Assembly: GCA_032718475.1 (NCBI GenBank)
Contig: JAUCBJ010003662.1
Span: 1-64,000 of the forward strand
DNA: 64,000 nucleotides
Source of the DNA: Nemertoderma westbladi
Taxonomy: Eukaryota; Animalia; Xenacoelomorpha
Direction: 5' to 3'
Both the position numbers and the translations under genes were made by a program. The notes beneath the pieces are model-generated. The model was not told the DNA's origin, did not search any database, and saw only the letters and a program-made list of their open reading frames with translations. Every line of letters begins with the position of its first letter. The first letter of the stretch is position 1. This document shows, in pieces, positions 11,232 to 21,200 of the stretch.

Positions 11232-12686
11232 CAGGTCAGGTCAGGTATTCTAGGTCATTGATCAAGAAAACTTGCCACCTCCATGCAGCATAAAGGAGGT
11301 GCCACCTGTAGCTGCATAGACCCTCTTACTAGGGCAAATCTGGTCCTGTAACTAGGACCCCCTTCGTTCTGGGATAAGGACGCCCTTGGTCCTGGATTAA
11401 GGACCCATATACTTGGCTGCAGGGGTATATGGCCTGACCAGGCAGATGGTGAACTACCAATGGCTGGTCAGGAGTAGAGTGTTCTCATGTCCACTCCGAG
11501 AGCACTTCACTGCGACCTGCACCTGGCAGCAAGGGTACATGGCATGACCCAGCAGATGAGCTGCAACAGCCAATGGTGGGTCATGTGCGCCAGAGTAGAT
11601 ATGGGTGATGGGCCTCATATTTGACTCCATTGCGACACCCACCCTGTGGAATGGCAAACCAGGGTGTGGTATTTGCCCCGAGAGCTTACTCGGCAAAAAA
11701 GCACCCCCCAACCCCCACTATGGATTACATTAGCAATGCGGGGAGGTCCGGCCACTAGAGGCCAGTGGAATTACCGGACACAATCGGCCTCACAGGCGGG
11801 AGGTCCGGCCACTAGAGGCCAGTGGAATTACCGGACACAATCGGCCTCACAGGCGTCAGTTAACTCCTGACCGGCTGCCTGTCTCACCCCCTACTGGAGA
11901 GAGAGCAGCCAACAATTCTTTGAGTCCCTTTCCTGATGACCTTTCTGGCCCAAACCCTGGGTCACCAGGAAGGCCAGATTGTGATGGGGAGAGGGATTCT
12001 GGAGTTGGAGGCTACTCTCATGTTCCACCCCGACCAACAAAGCCATTGGTGAATCTGAGGCAAGTCACAAGACTAGCCTCAGTAAACACCCTAACACTCG
12101 GGTCCACAATGCGACAAGGTGAGCTGACTGCCTTGGCAGATAAGCTTTCTCTTAGCGCAGTGGGTGTTCAAGAGCACCGAATGCAGACTGGACAGACTGA
12201 TGAGGTTCTGATTAAGGACAGGGGGGGCGGTTGGCGACTCGCCCTCGCGTCAGCAGATGATAGTGACAATGGTGGAATGGTCTATTGATGAATCCAACTG
12301 CACATGCAGCATTGGACAAAATAGACCAAATCTCTAACCGCATCATCCGTTGCCACTTCTCATGTTCTGGAAGACTGGCTAAGAAGTTTCCTAAGGTGGT
12401 TCTGATTGTGTGCTACTCTCCAACTAGTGTTGCCCCTGTAGAGGAGGTGGAAAATTTCTACCACAATCTACAAGCAGCTACTGATGGAGTGGATCAGCAT
12501 GCATTCTTAACATTCCTGGGAGACTTTAATGCAAGTCTGCATCAATCACCTACATCGCCCTGGGTCTATAGCAATAGTGTTAACCGAAATTCTGTCCATC
12601 TTCAGGATTTTATCTCTGGAAATGGATTGTTTTCGGCTGGAACCCAGTTCAAGAAGCGAACTGGAAAGCTATGGACTCATATGGGT
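11232..12686 (+). mobile_element. 5' portion of a second RTE-clade LINE: structured 5'UTR plus frameshifted APE endonuclease domain, 3'-truncated
   Basis: APE-type motifs LASVNTLTL..GELT..AVGVQEHR (ORF 11920-12288) and, after a frameshift, CYSPTS, ENFYHNL, LGDFNA, NRNS..L, TQFKKRTGKLWTH (12285-12686). Preceded by (CAGGT)3 at 11232-11246 and a GC-rich hairpin-rich leader. Confidence 0.88.
11741..11855 (+). repeat. Perfect 57-bp tandem duplication in the RTE leader
   Basis: GGGAGGTCCGGCCACTAGAGGCCAGTGGAATTACCGGACACAATCGGCCTCACAGGC at 11741-11797 and 11798-11854. Confidence 0.95.
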
Positions 12687-12702
12687 ATGAAATTTTTACT
12701 GA

Positions 12703-13250
12703 TTCCATTGAATTCAGAACCCTCACAAACCCGTATAACGCAAAAAACAAGGTGACACAATCAATTGATATATTTGATTGTTTTCAAAATTTGGTGCTAG
12801 CACCACATTTTGCACCCACTTCCAAAAAATACAAGTTTGATATGTCTAGTTCGATAATTGTATATTCCATTGAATTCAGAACAGCCATAAACCTCCAAAA
12901 CGCTAGAAATAAATTGTCACAAGCAATTTTATCTATTGAATGGATTTTTCAAAATTTCGTGATATAGCACCAAAATTTACACCCAGCACCGAAAAATACA
13001 AGTTTGATACGCTTGGTGCAACTCGTATATATTCCATAGAAACCAGAACCATAAAAAACCCCAATTGCGTAAAATACAAGTTTCAAATAATCAATTGACG
13101 AAATTGGCATATTTCAAAATTTGGTGCTGGCACCAAAATTTGGCACTCGTCGAAAAAAACAAGTTTGAAATTTCTAAATTAATTTATATGAATTCCATCC
13201 AATTGCTAACACCAAAAAACCGGTATAAATCAAAAATAGAGATGTTACAA
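12703..13250. repeat. Degenerate ~162-bp tandem repeat (3 copies plus a partial) inside the piggyBac-like element
   Basis: TTCCAT(tgaattcagaac) recurs at 12703, 12865, 13032 and 13193. The three full copies share TTTCAAAATTT..GCACCA..TTT and AAAA(T/A)ACAAGTTTGA blocks. Confidence 0.8.
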
Positions 13251-14246
13251 AACATATTTAATGAAATGTAAATTTAAAAAAACGTCTCAAAAAAAGTGCC
13301 AAAAGTAGGGTTAAAAAATGGAACTATAACTCGAAAACTACCCAATATTTTTGAAAACAGTTTTCACTACTAGGAAGACAATAGATTTTTAGGAAAAGTT
13401 ATAAAATTTCAGATTCCCAACTGCGTTTGTTTCAGAATTATAACACAAAAACCAAGGCGGGGGGGGTCATATTGACCCCCCCCCCCCCCCCCCCCCCCCC
13501 CCGGGTTTAATAGGGTTAATAGGGTTAAGTGTTGGTATGCAAAGGGTTAAAATTAATAATCATTTACGGTAATTCAAGTCAAATAATCTAGAATTGTATT
13601 TTACGTCCCCAAGAATGTTTCCAAGAATGAGACCGAAAATAGATCGAGATATATTTACAACTGTTTCAAACATGTTTTTTTACGATTTGTGAGTGATTTT
13701 GTAGCTCTACGCAAAATGTTAGTCAATGTTGAATGTGGCACTCGTAATATAATAACGTAATAATAATATAATATAACGCAAACGTAATATCCAAAATATA
13801 TTCTGGGATTGTGGGGGGGGGGGGGGGGGGGTGGGTATCAGAGAGTATAAATTAATCCTTATGAATTATTATGGGGTTAGGAATGTGGCCTGTGTGCCCT
13901 TTGTTGGGGATTTTTATGGATTATGTGAGCAGGGAAATTACAGCCAGTAATTCGCATCCTTTAATTGTTTAATATAATATTAATTTTAACTTCAATTGGA
14001 ATGAAACTGTATTAACGGCATGCCATATTGTTTAACTGTGCGATTTGGAGCCAAAAGAGAAATAAATACCCGCCTGTACTGTTGTACAGGTAATACACAT
14101 TCATTACTACAATACAGTAGTATATTTTGGCATAAATATATAACAGGAGAAAGAAACATTCTGGCAGTTAATCCTCCTAATGGGTTTATTTATTGATAAA
14201 AAGTTTATCTGATTAACTTACGACACATTGAATAAAATAAACTTAC

Positions 14247-14367
14247 CGATATCTCAAAAATTCATAAATTTTAATTCTGTAATCCCATCCATACATAACT
14301 GAACACGTTCGTGGGGCCTTCGCGTAGGACGAGGCCCAGTTATGAGATACAAATTAAAATTGAGCGA
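14247..14367 (-). pseudogene. Putative 121-nt exon with one in-frame stop
   Basis: Acceptor ttttgtgatacag|TCG and perfect donor ATCG|gtaagt. The phase-0 start fits the preceding donor. Reads SLNFNLYLITGPRPTRRPHERVQLCMDGITELKFMNF*DI. Confidence 0.38.
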
Positions 14368-14648
14368 CTGTATCACAAAATCAGTATTTGAGAAATTTAA
14401 CCATACCAACAATCAATCAAAGAAAGGGGGACAGTACGTGTTCGTTCAGCCCTTTTAATCTGCACCCCCCCCCCCCCCCCCCCCCCCTTACTACCAACCA
14501 ATACATAACCGCGACATCTACCACCCAAGGGGAGGAAGGGTAGCACAAACTTATTTCCAATCACACGTTCAATATGCGAAGCCATGTGGTTTATAGAAAT
14601 ATCGAGAATTCGAGAAAATCGAGAATACAAGAAACTCGATCGAAATAC

Positions 14649-15178
14649 CTGCTCATCCCAGTATCCGTCCGTAGTCACCGGACAGCTGCGGTTTATTCCC
14701 GTAGAACAGTAGAATACCCGCAGCTTCCGACCCAATTCGACAACGAATTCGCCTCACACTTTCGCGTGGCAGAGAACGTAATCCAGTACGATACACATCT
14801 GCCCGACCTTCAACAATTTCCCCCAGGCGATCCCAGGATCCGGCTGTCCGGGCTGCCGCTAAACCCAAATCGCAATCCTCGTCGATTCGTCGTCCAGTCG
14901 TCGACGTAAGTCGGACTCTTCCCACCGCACTCCAAGGTGGGTGGCCTGAGTGAGGCATGAGGAACTTGACAGTGGCCCGCATTACGATCCGACCCACCGC
15001 CGTATTCCCAGTGTAGTAAATAGAATCTTACTGCTGTACTGACAAGCAAGCAATTCCGTTTATTCCTCAGTTAATCGCATCTTGATGCCACTCGGCTGCT
15101 CGGGTCCAGATACATCGGACTGTCGGAAGCTGTTTAGATGAAGAAGTTGTTTAGATGGCCTTGCCAACGACCAACGAC
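14649..15178 (-). pseudogene. Putative disrupted exon 2 (GC-rich, Cys-containing, family not recognised)
   Basis: Acceptor at 15178, donor GAGCAG|gtattt at 14649. GC-rich against AT-rich flanks. Fragments in different frames: RWSLARPSKQLLHLNSFRQSDV..EE*, WEYGGGSDRNAGHCQ..ECGGKSPTYVDDW, FYCSTGINRSCPVTTDGYWDEQ. Confidence 0.4.
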
Positions 15179-15264
15179 CTAAAGAAGGTATCGGTAACTC
15201 TGTACCACTGTAACAGTGAACAGTACCGGTACCGTACTGTAATCCTGTAGTCTTTTTGGTGGTC

Positions 15265-17265
15265 GATTTGGTGGTAGATTGTGGAATTTCACATCTAGGG
15301 GCAGTCGCAAGCAATGCATATTGGTGGCAATTGGTAACAACAGAAGAAATAGCTGGATCAATATCAAGTGTATAGAATGATCTAGAAAAAATTTATTACG
15401 ACGTATGAAAAGCTCTGTGCCTAATCCATCGATAGCAGAGGCAGCATCTGTGACAAGCCAAAGTTCATCTTCAGCACTTGGCAATGTAATGGATTTGCAA
15501 CTCTTTAATGCAGCTTGAGCTTTACAGAAGACAGCAATAGAATCCTCACACCAATTTACCTTATCTTTAGACAAATGTCCAGCAGCCAGTGAATCAAGTG
15601 GAGCAACCAAAGAAGCACAATGGGGAAGTACACATGACAAAACCTTATAAGCACCAATGAGGACCATACACTAGTGACAGTTTCAGGCAAAGGGCAAGTG
15701 GCCAGGGCAGTAACAACATGTGGTGAAGCGGAGAGTGAACCAGCTGACCAGACCCATCCAAGAACACTGGTGGTCTTGGGGCAAATAACTGCTTTTGATG
15801 GTGAGAGTCTGAGGCCACATCGATGTAGAACATCTAAGACTGCAGACCAAGTGTTGAGAACATCTGAGATGGAATTCCCACCACAATAAAGGTCATTGGC
15901 AAGTTTCACCACATTTCCAGTAATCAGTAAATCTCTGAGGATGCGGCTTGTCAGCTCTTCAAGGGCAGTTTCAGAGCCTGGCATGCCCATAGCACATCAC
16001 CGATAAACACGAACACGCCGCTAAGGTGTTACAACACCACAGAATTTCATGGAGCTTTTGTTTAATGGAATCTGGAAAAAGGCACTTTATAAGTCTGTTT
16101 TATTAAGAATTCGAATCTTGAGAGCTAATAATGTGGAGTTCACATCAGGAAGTTTTGCAGGTTGGGGCTTACAATACCACCCAACATTGGCAAATGCTGT
16201 AACTAAGCAGAAGCCTCCTCGGGGCTTCTTGACTAAAAACGAGGGATTTAAATATTCAATACCTGCATCTTCTGGAGTTAAGAAAACACCTAGTTTCTCA
16301 TATCGATCAAACTCATCCTGGAGGGTTTGCAGATTTTCACGCCCATATAAAGGGAGCCGACCTTTACTTTGAGGAGGGGGCCAGCAGCACCATTATAACC
16401 AGGTAATGTCCCATCAAATACATCGACATAGCGGTAAAGAATGTCCTGAAATTTACTACAATCTGATGGAGATAGTAAGTTATCAGGGTCAAGATGTAGT
16501 GGGCTGAGTATATTTTGAGTGGTGACACTGTGGTTGTCAGATAGGGAATGTGGTACCTGAGTTGGACGCAACTGACTCTCGGGAATATCTGGCCATATTG
16601 AATATGGCTGTTAGACACGGATTGGGTAGTTTGTTTATGAATCACATTTGAAGTGCTGGATAAACACATGGTTCGTTATTACCACTATTGGGATCAATAC
16701 GGGGAGAAATATATATGTTGGAAGTATCACGTGAAGAATCGGGGACTTCTAACTGAGGGAGCTCTGGGGCCCTACAATTGATAAATAAGATGGAGCCCTT
16801 AGCAGCGGTGAAGAAATTGATGTTTGACGAACATATGTTCTATGGTGGGATCTAGGCAGGTCAGCGGAATACTTAAACTGTCTACCATCTTGAAAAGTGA
16901 TGAGTTGGAGTGAAGTGCGTAAGCTTATATCGTTTCGGCAAAGAAATGGTGCCCCACCAAGCACATCACACCCTAAGATACTAACTACAAGGGCATCAAA
17001 GGAAAAGGATAAGTTATCACGAGTAAACGTGGTGAAAATCTCTCCGACAACTCCGAGCCTGGATACACCATCAGCTTGACGAGGGATCTGTTGAGAGTTC
17101 GGATATATGAGTATGTCCAATTCTTTAGATAGGTGGAGTTAATTAGGTTAGATTCTCCATCAGAATCAAGTAAAATGAGTAGTGGTGTAGACTGAAAGTG
17201 TAAGTCAACATAAGGGGATCTGACAACACTGACACAGGATATGGCTGGGGGCTCATCCACTGTAC
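15265..17265 (-). mobile_element. Degenerate Ty3/Gypsy LTR-retrotransposon pol fragment (protease, RT, partial RNase H, integrase zinc-finger remnant); no LTRs seen
   Basis: Protease-like SPYV..LLILLDSDGESNLI and QADG..LGVVGEI..DALVV..DVLGGAPFL..NDI. RT MGMPGSETALEEL..KLANDLYCGG (catalytic D to N), GLRLSPSK, VLGWVW. RNase H start ITLPSAEDELWLVTDAA. Then RSFYTLDID..TNCHQYALL..QST. The PR-RT-RH-IN order is Gypsy-type; many frameshifts and stops. Confidence 0.85.
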
Positions 17266-17502
17266 ATTCATACATATGATTTTTATCGTTGTAAATGTAA
17301 ATATTTGTGTAAATTTTGATATTTGTGTAAATTTTATTAATTGCCACTTCATATGTACTCCAAATCTATATTATTGGGGTGAATATTATGTACGGTAGGT
17401 TATCTTAAGTGCATTTATTATTGTCTGACAAATTCTTCCGTTATAACAAATTTAATATTTTACTATGTTGAATTTAGATAATGAAAAAATAAATAAACTC
17501 AC

Positions 17503-17551
17503 AGACGTACAGGTAAGATAAAGACAAAACCACAAGGCCAGATAAGGCCAT
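17503..17551 (-). CDS. Putative first coding exon (signal peptide MALSGLVVLSLSYLYV)
   Basis: ATG at 17551-17549, 16 mostly hydrophobic codons plus 1 nt, then a perfect GTGAGT donor (17502-17497). Phase 1 joins the acceptor ccttctttag|GT at 15178 to give MALSGLVVLSLSYLYVCRWSLA-RPSK. Confidence 0.6.
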
Positions 17552-17949
17552 GCTAAAACTATCCTACATGTAGTAATACATAAACAAACATGAGGCCAAA
17601 GGCCCATGGCGTATTGTAAATTCTCTGAGACTAGAGGCCTAATTAATTCGCCGAGGTGGGATTTGCGTACATATTTTTATTATATTTATATTCTATTGTG
17701 TTTAGTTTAATGTTTTGGTTAAAATAACGTGCCACTGTAACCTGTTCCTTTCCCTAAATTGAGAAATAAACATTGAGGCGGGATATTAATTCGCCAAGAT
17801 GGGATTTGCGTCCAGTCCCCCCCCCCCCCGTCTCACATCGGCATTAGTTAAGTTATAGTATTTCTTACAAATTGGGTCGCCTCCACGCTTAAAATGTATT
17901 ACTTTTGTCACATTATGTCAACTTATCTGTGTTCTGATAAATTACTTGT

Positions 17950-17978
17950 AACGCTGCAAGGTACCACTTTGCAGCGTT
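17950..17978. other. 10-bp perfect inverted repeat (hairpin)
   Basis: AACGCTGCAA-ggtaccact-TTGCAGCGTT read directly; function unknown. Confidence 0.6.
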
Positions 17979-18237
17979 GCGGCCTATAGGACAGAACGCT
18001 ACAAAGTAATCAATAACATGGAAACAACTTCAATTACCGTATTCCAGAATGTAATATTTCCATTTATTTTGACTATTATTTATTTTTTATTTATTTATCA
18101 TTTATTTATTAACTATTTTGACTTTAACTTATATTTGTTTTTATTATCACGTGTCTCTTGCTGTTTGTCGTTACCCTCAAAACTTGAAATTGGGTTGACA
18201 TTTTCCACATGTAGACAATGTAGTTTAACAATATATC

Positions 18238-21200
18238 TGTTTGCTCACCTGTTCAGTTTTATTACGTGGTTCTGTTGTTTGTTTGCTCACCTGTTCAGTT
18301 GTATTACGTGGTTCTGTTGTTTGTTTGCTCACCGGTTCAGTTGTATTACGTGGTTCTGTTGTTTGTTTGCTCACCTGTTCAGTTGTATTACGTGGTTCTG
18401 TTGTTTGTTTGCTCACCTGTTCAGTTGTATTACGTGGTTCTGTTGTTTGTTTGCTCACCTGTTCAGTTTTATTACGTGGTTCTGTTGTTTGTTTGCTCAC
18501 CTGTTCAGTTGTATTACGTGGTTCTGTTGTTTGTTTGCTCACCTGTTCAGTTTTATTACGTGGTTCTGTTGTTTGTTTGCTCACCTGTTCAGTTGTATTA
18601 CGTGGTTCTGTTGTTTGTTTGCTCACCTGTTCAGTTATATTACGTGGTTCTGTTGTTTGTTTGCTCATCTGTTCAGTTTTATTACGTGGTTCTGTTGTTT
18701 GTTTGCTCACCTGTTTAGTTTTTGTTTGCTCACCTGTTCAGTTGTATTACGTGGTTCTGTTGTTTGTTTGCTCACCTGTTTAGTTTTTGTTTGCTCACCT
18801 GTTCAGTTGTATTACGTGGTTCTGTTGTTTGTTTGCTCACCTGTTCAGTTGTATTACGTGGTTCTGTTGTTTGTTTGCTCACCTGTTCAGTTGTATTACG
18901 TGGTTCTGTTGTTTGTTTGCTCACCTGTTCAGTTTTATTACGTGGTTCTGTTGTTTGTTTGCTCACCTGTTCAGTTGTATTACGTGGTTCTGTTGTTTGT
19001 TTGCTCACCTGTTCAGTTGTATTACGTGGTTCTGTTGTTTGTTTGCTCACCTGTTCAGTTATATTACGTGGTTCTGTTGTTTGTTTGCTCACCTGTTCAG
19101 TTGTATTACGTGGTTCTGTTGTTTGTTTGCTCACCTGTTCAGTTTTATTACGTGGTTCTGTTGTTTGTTTTCTCACCTGTTCAGTTTTATTACGTGGTTC
19201 TGTTGTTTGTTTACTCACCTGTTTAGTTTTTGTTTGCTCACCTGTTCAGTTGTATTACGTGGTTCTGTTGTTTGTTTGCTCACCTGTTCAGTTTTATTAC
19301 GTGGTTCTGTTGTTTGTTTACTCACCTGTTCAGTTGTATTACGTGGTTCTGTTGTTTGTTTTCTCACCTGTTCAGTTTTATTACGTGGTTCTGTTGTTTG
19401 TTTGCTCACCTGTTTAGTTTTTGTTTGCTCACCTGTTCAGTTTTATTACGTGGTTCTGTTGTTTGTTTGCTCACCTGTTCAGTTTTATTACGTGGTTCTG
19501 TTGTTTGTTTGCTCACCTGTTCAGTTTTATTACGTGGTTCTGTTGTTTGTTTGCTCACCTGTTCAGTTGTATTACGTGGTTCTGTTGTTTGTTTGCTCAC
19601 CTGTTCAGTTTTATTACGTGGTTCTGTTGTTTGTTTGCTCACCTGTTCAGTTGTATTACGTGGTTCTGTTGTTTGTTTGCTCACCTGTTCAGTTTTATTA
19701 CGTGGTTCTGTTGTTTGTTTGCTCACCTGTTCAGTTGTATTACGTGGTTCTGTTGTTTGTTTGCTCACCTGTTCAGTTTTATTACGTGGTTCTGTTGTTT
19801 GTTTGCTCACCTGTTTAGTTTTTGTTTGCTCACCTGTTCAGTTTTATTACGTGGTTCTATTGTTTGTTTGCTCACCTGTTCAGTTTTATTACGTGGTTCT
19901 GTTGTTTGTTTGCTCACCTGTTCAGTTTTATTACGTGGTTCTGTTGTTTGTTTGCTCACCTGTTCAGTTGTATTAAGTGGTTCTGTTGTTTGTTTACTCA
20001 CCTGTTTAGTTTTTGTTTGCTCACCTGTTCAGTTTTATTACGTGGTTCTGTTGTTTGTTTGCTCACCTGTTCAGTTGTATTACGTGGTTCTGTTGTTTGT
20101 TTGCTCACCTGTTCAGTTTTATTACGTGGTTCTGTTGTTTGTTTGCTCACATGTTCAGTTGTATTACGTGGTTCTGTTGGTTCAGTTTTATTACGTGGTT
20201 CTGTTGTTTGTTTACTCACCTGTTTAGTTTTTGTTTGCTCACCTGTTCAGTTGTATTACGTGGTTCTGTTGTTTGTTTGCTCACCTGTTCAGTTTTATTA
20301 CGTGGTTCTGTTGTTTGTTTGCTCACCTGTTTAGTTTTTGTTTGCTCACCTGTTGAGTTTTATTACGTGGTTCTGTTGTTTGTTTGCTCACCTGTTTAGT
20401 TTTATTACGTGGTTCTGTTGTTTGTTTGCTCACCTGTTCAGTTGTATTACGTGGTTCTGTTGTTTGTTTGCTCACCTGTTCAGTTGTATTACGTGGTTCT
20501 GTTGTTTGTTTGCTCACCTGTTCAGTTTTATTACGTGGTTCTGTTGTTTGTTTACTCACCTGTTTAGTTTTTGTTTGCTCACCTGTTCAGTTGTATTACG
20601 TGGTTCTGTTGTTTGTTTGCTCACCTGTTCAGTTTTATTACGTGGTTCTGTTGTTTGTTTACTCACCTGTTCAGTTGTATTACGTGGTTCTGTTGTTTGT
20701 TTTCTCACCTGTTCAGTTTTATTACGTGGTTCTGTTGTTTGTTTGCTCACCTGTTTAGTTTTTGTTTGCTCACCTGTTCAGTTTTATTACGTGGTTCTGT
20801 TGTTTGTTTGCTCACCTGTTCAGTTTTATTACGTGGTTCTGTTGTTTGTTTGCTCACCTGTTCAGTTTTATTACGTGGTTCTGTTGTTTGTTTGCTCACC
20901 TGTTCAGTTGTATTACGTGGTTCTGTTGTTTGTTTGCTCACCTGTTCAGTTTTATTACGTGGTTCTGTTGTATGTTTGCTCACCTGTTCAGTTGTATTAC
21001 GTGGTTCTGTTGTTTGTTTGCTCACCTGTTCAGTTTTATTACGTGGTTCTGTTGTTTGTTTGCTCACCTGTTCAGTTGTATTACGTGGTTCTGTTGTTTG
21101 TTTGCTCACCTGTTCAGTTTTATTACGTGGTTCTGTTGTTTGTTTGCTCACCTGTTTAGTTTTTGTTTGCTCACCTGTTCAGTTTTATTACGTGGTTCTC

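Larger units (their letters stand above)
9448..13528. mobile_element. piggyBac-like non-autonomous DNA transposon (TTAA-flanked, CCCT..AGGG ends) hosting two RTE insertions
   Basis: Left end TTAA-CCCTATTA (9448-9459); right end CCCGGGTTTAATAGGG-TTAA (to 13519, AGGGTTAA again to 13528). Subterminal GGGGGGGGTCATATTGACCCCC palindrome at 13459-13483. Internal AT-rich ~162-bp repeats. No transposase seen. Confidence 0.6.
8770..17551 (-). pseudogene. Decayed multi-exon gene for a secreted protein containing an F-type lectin domain
   Basis: Minus-strand exons with canonical splice sites at 17503-17551, 14649-15178, 14247-14367, a donor at 9359, and 8950-9216. Exons 1+2 join in phase to give a signal peptide. 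In-frame stops occur in exon 2 (15060-15062) and exon 3, and frameshifts are needed in exon 2. Linking all pieces into one gene is inference. Confidence 0.5.

Noticed and set aside
11552-11576. Hammerhead ribozyme (CAGATGA-GCTG-caa-CAGC-CAAT)
   Set aside because: The core deviates from CUGAnGA and GAAA, there is no third helix or NUH site, and the sister hairpin conserves GCAGATG/CAATGG rather than hammerhead residues.
14574-14909. 111-aa + strand ORF
   Set aside because: No recognisable domain; splice signals and the signal-peptide join favour the minus strand.
13476-17829. Long C/G homopolymers (13476-13502, ~13813-13831, ~14465-14487, 17817-17829) as functional G-quadruplexes
   Set aside because: Common in such genomes and transposon ends, lengths are error-prone, and there is no further support.
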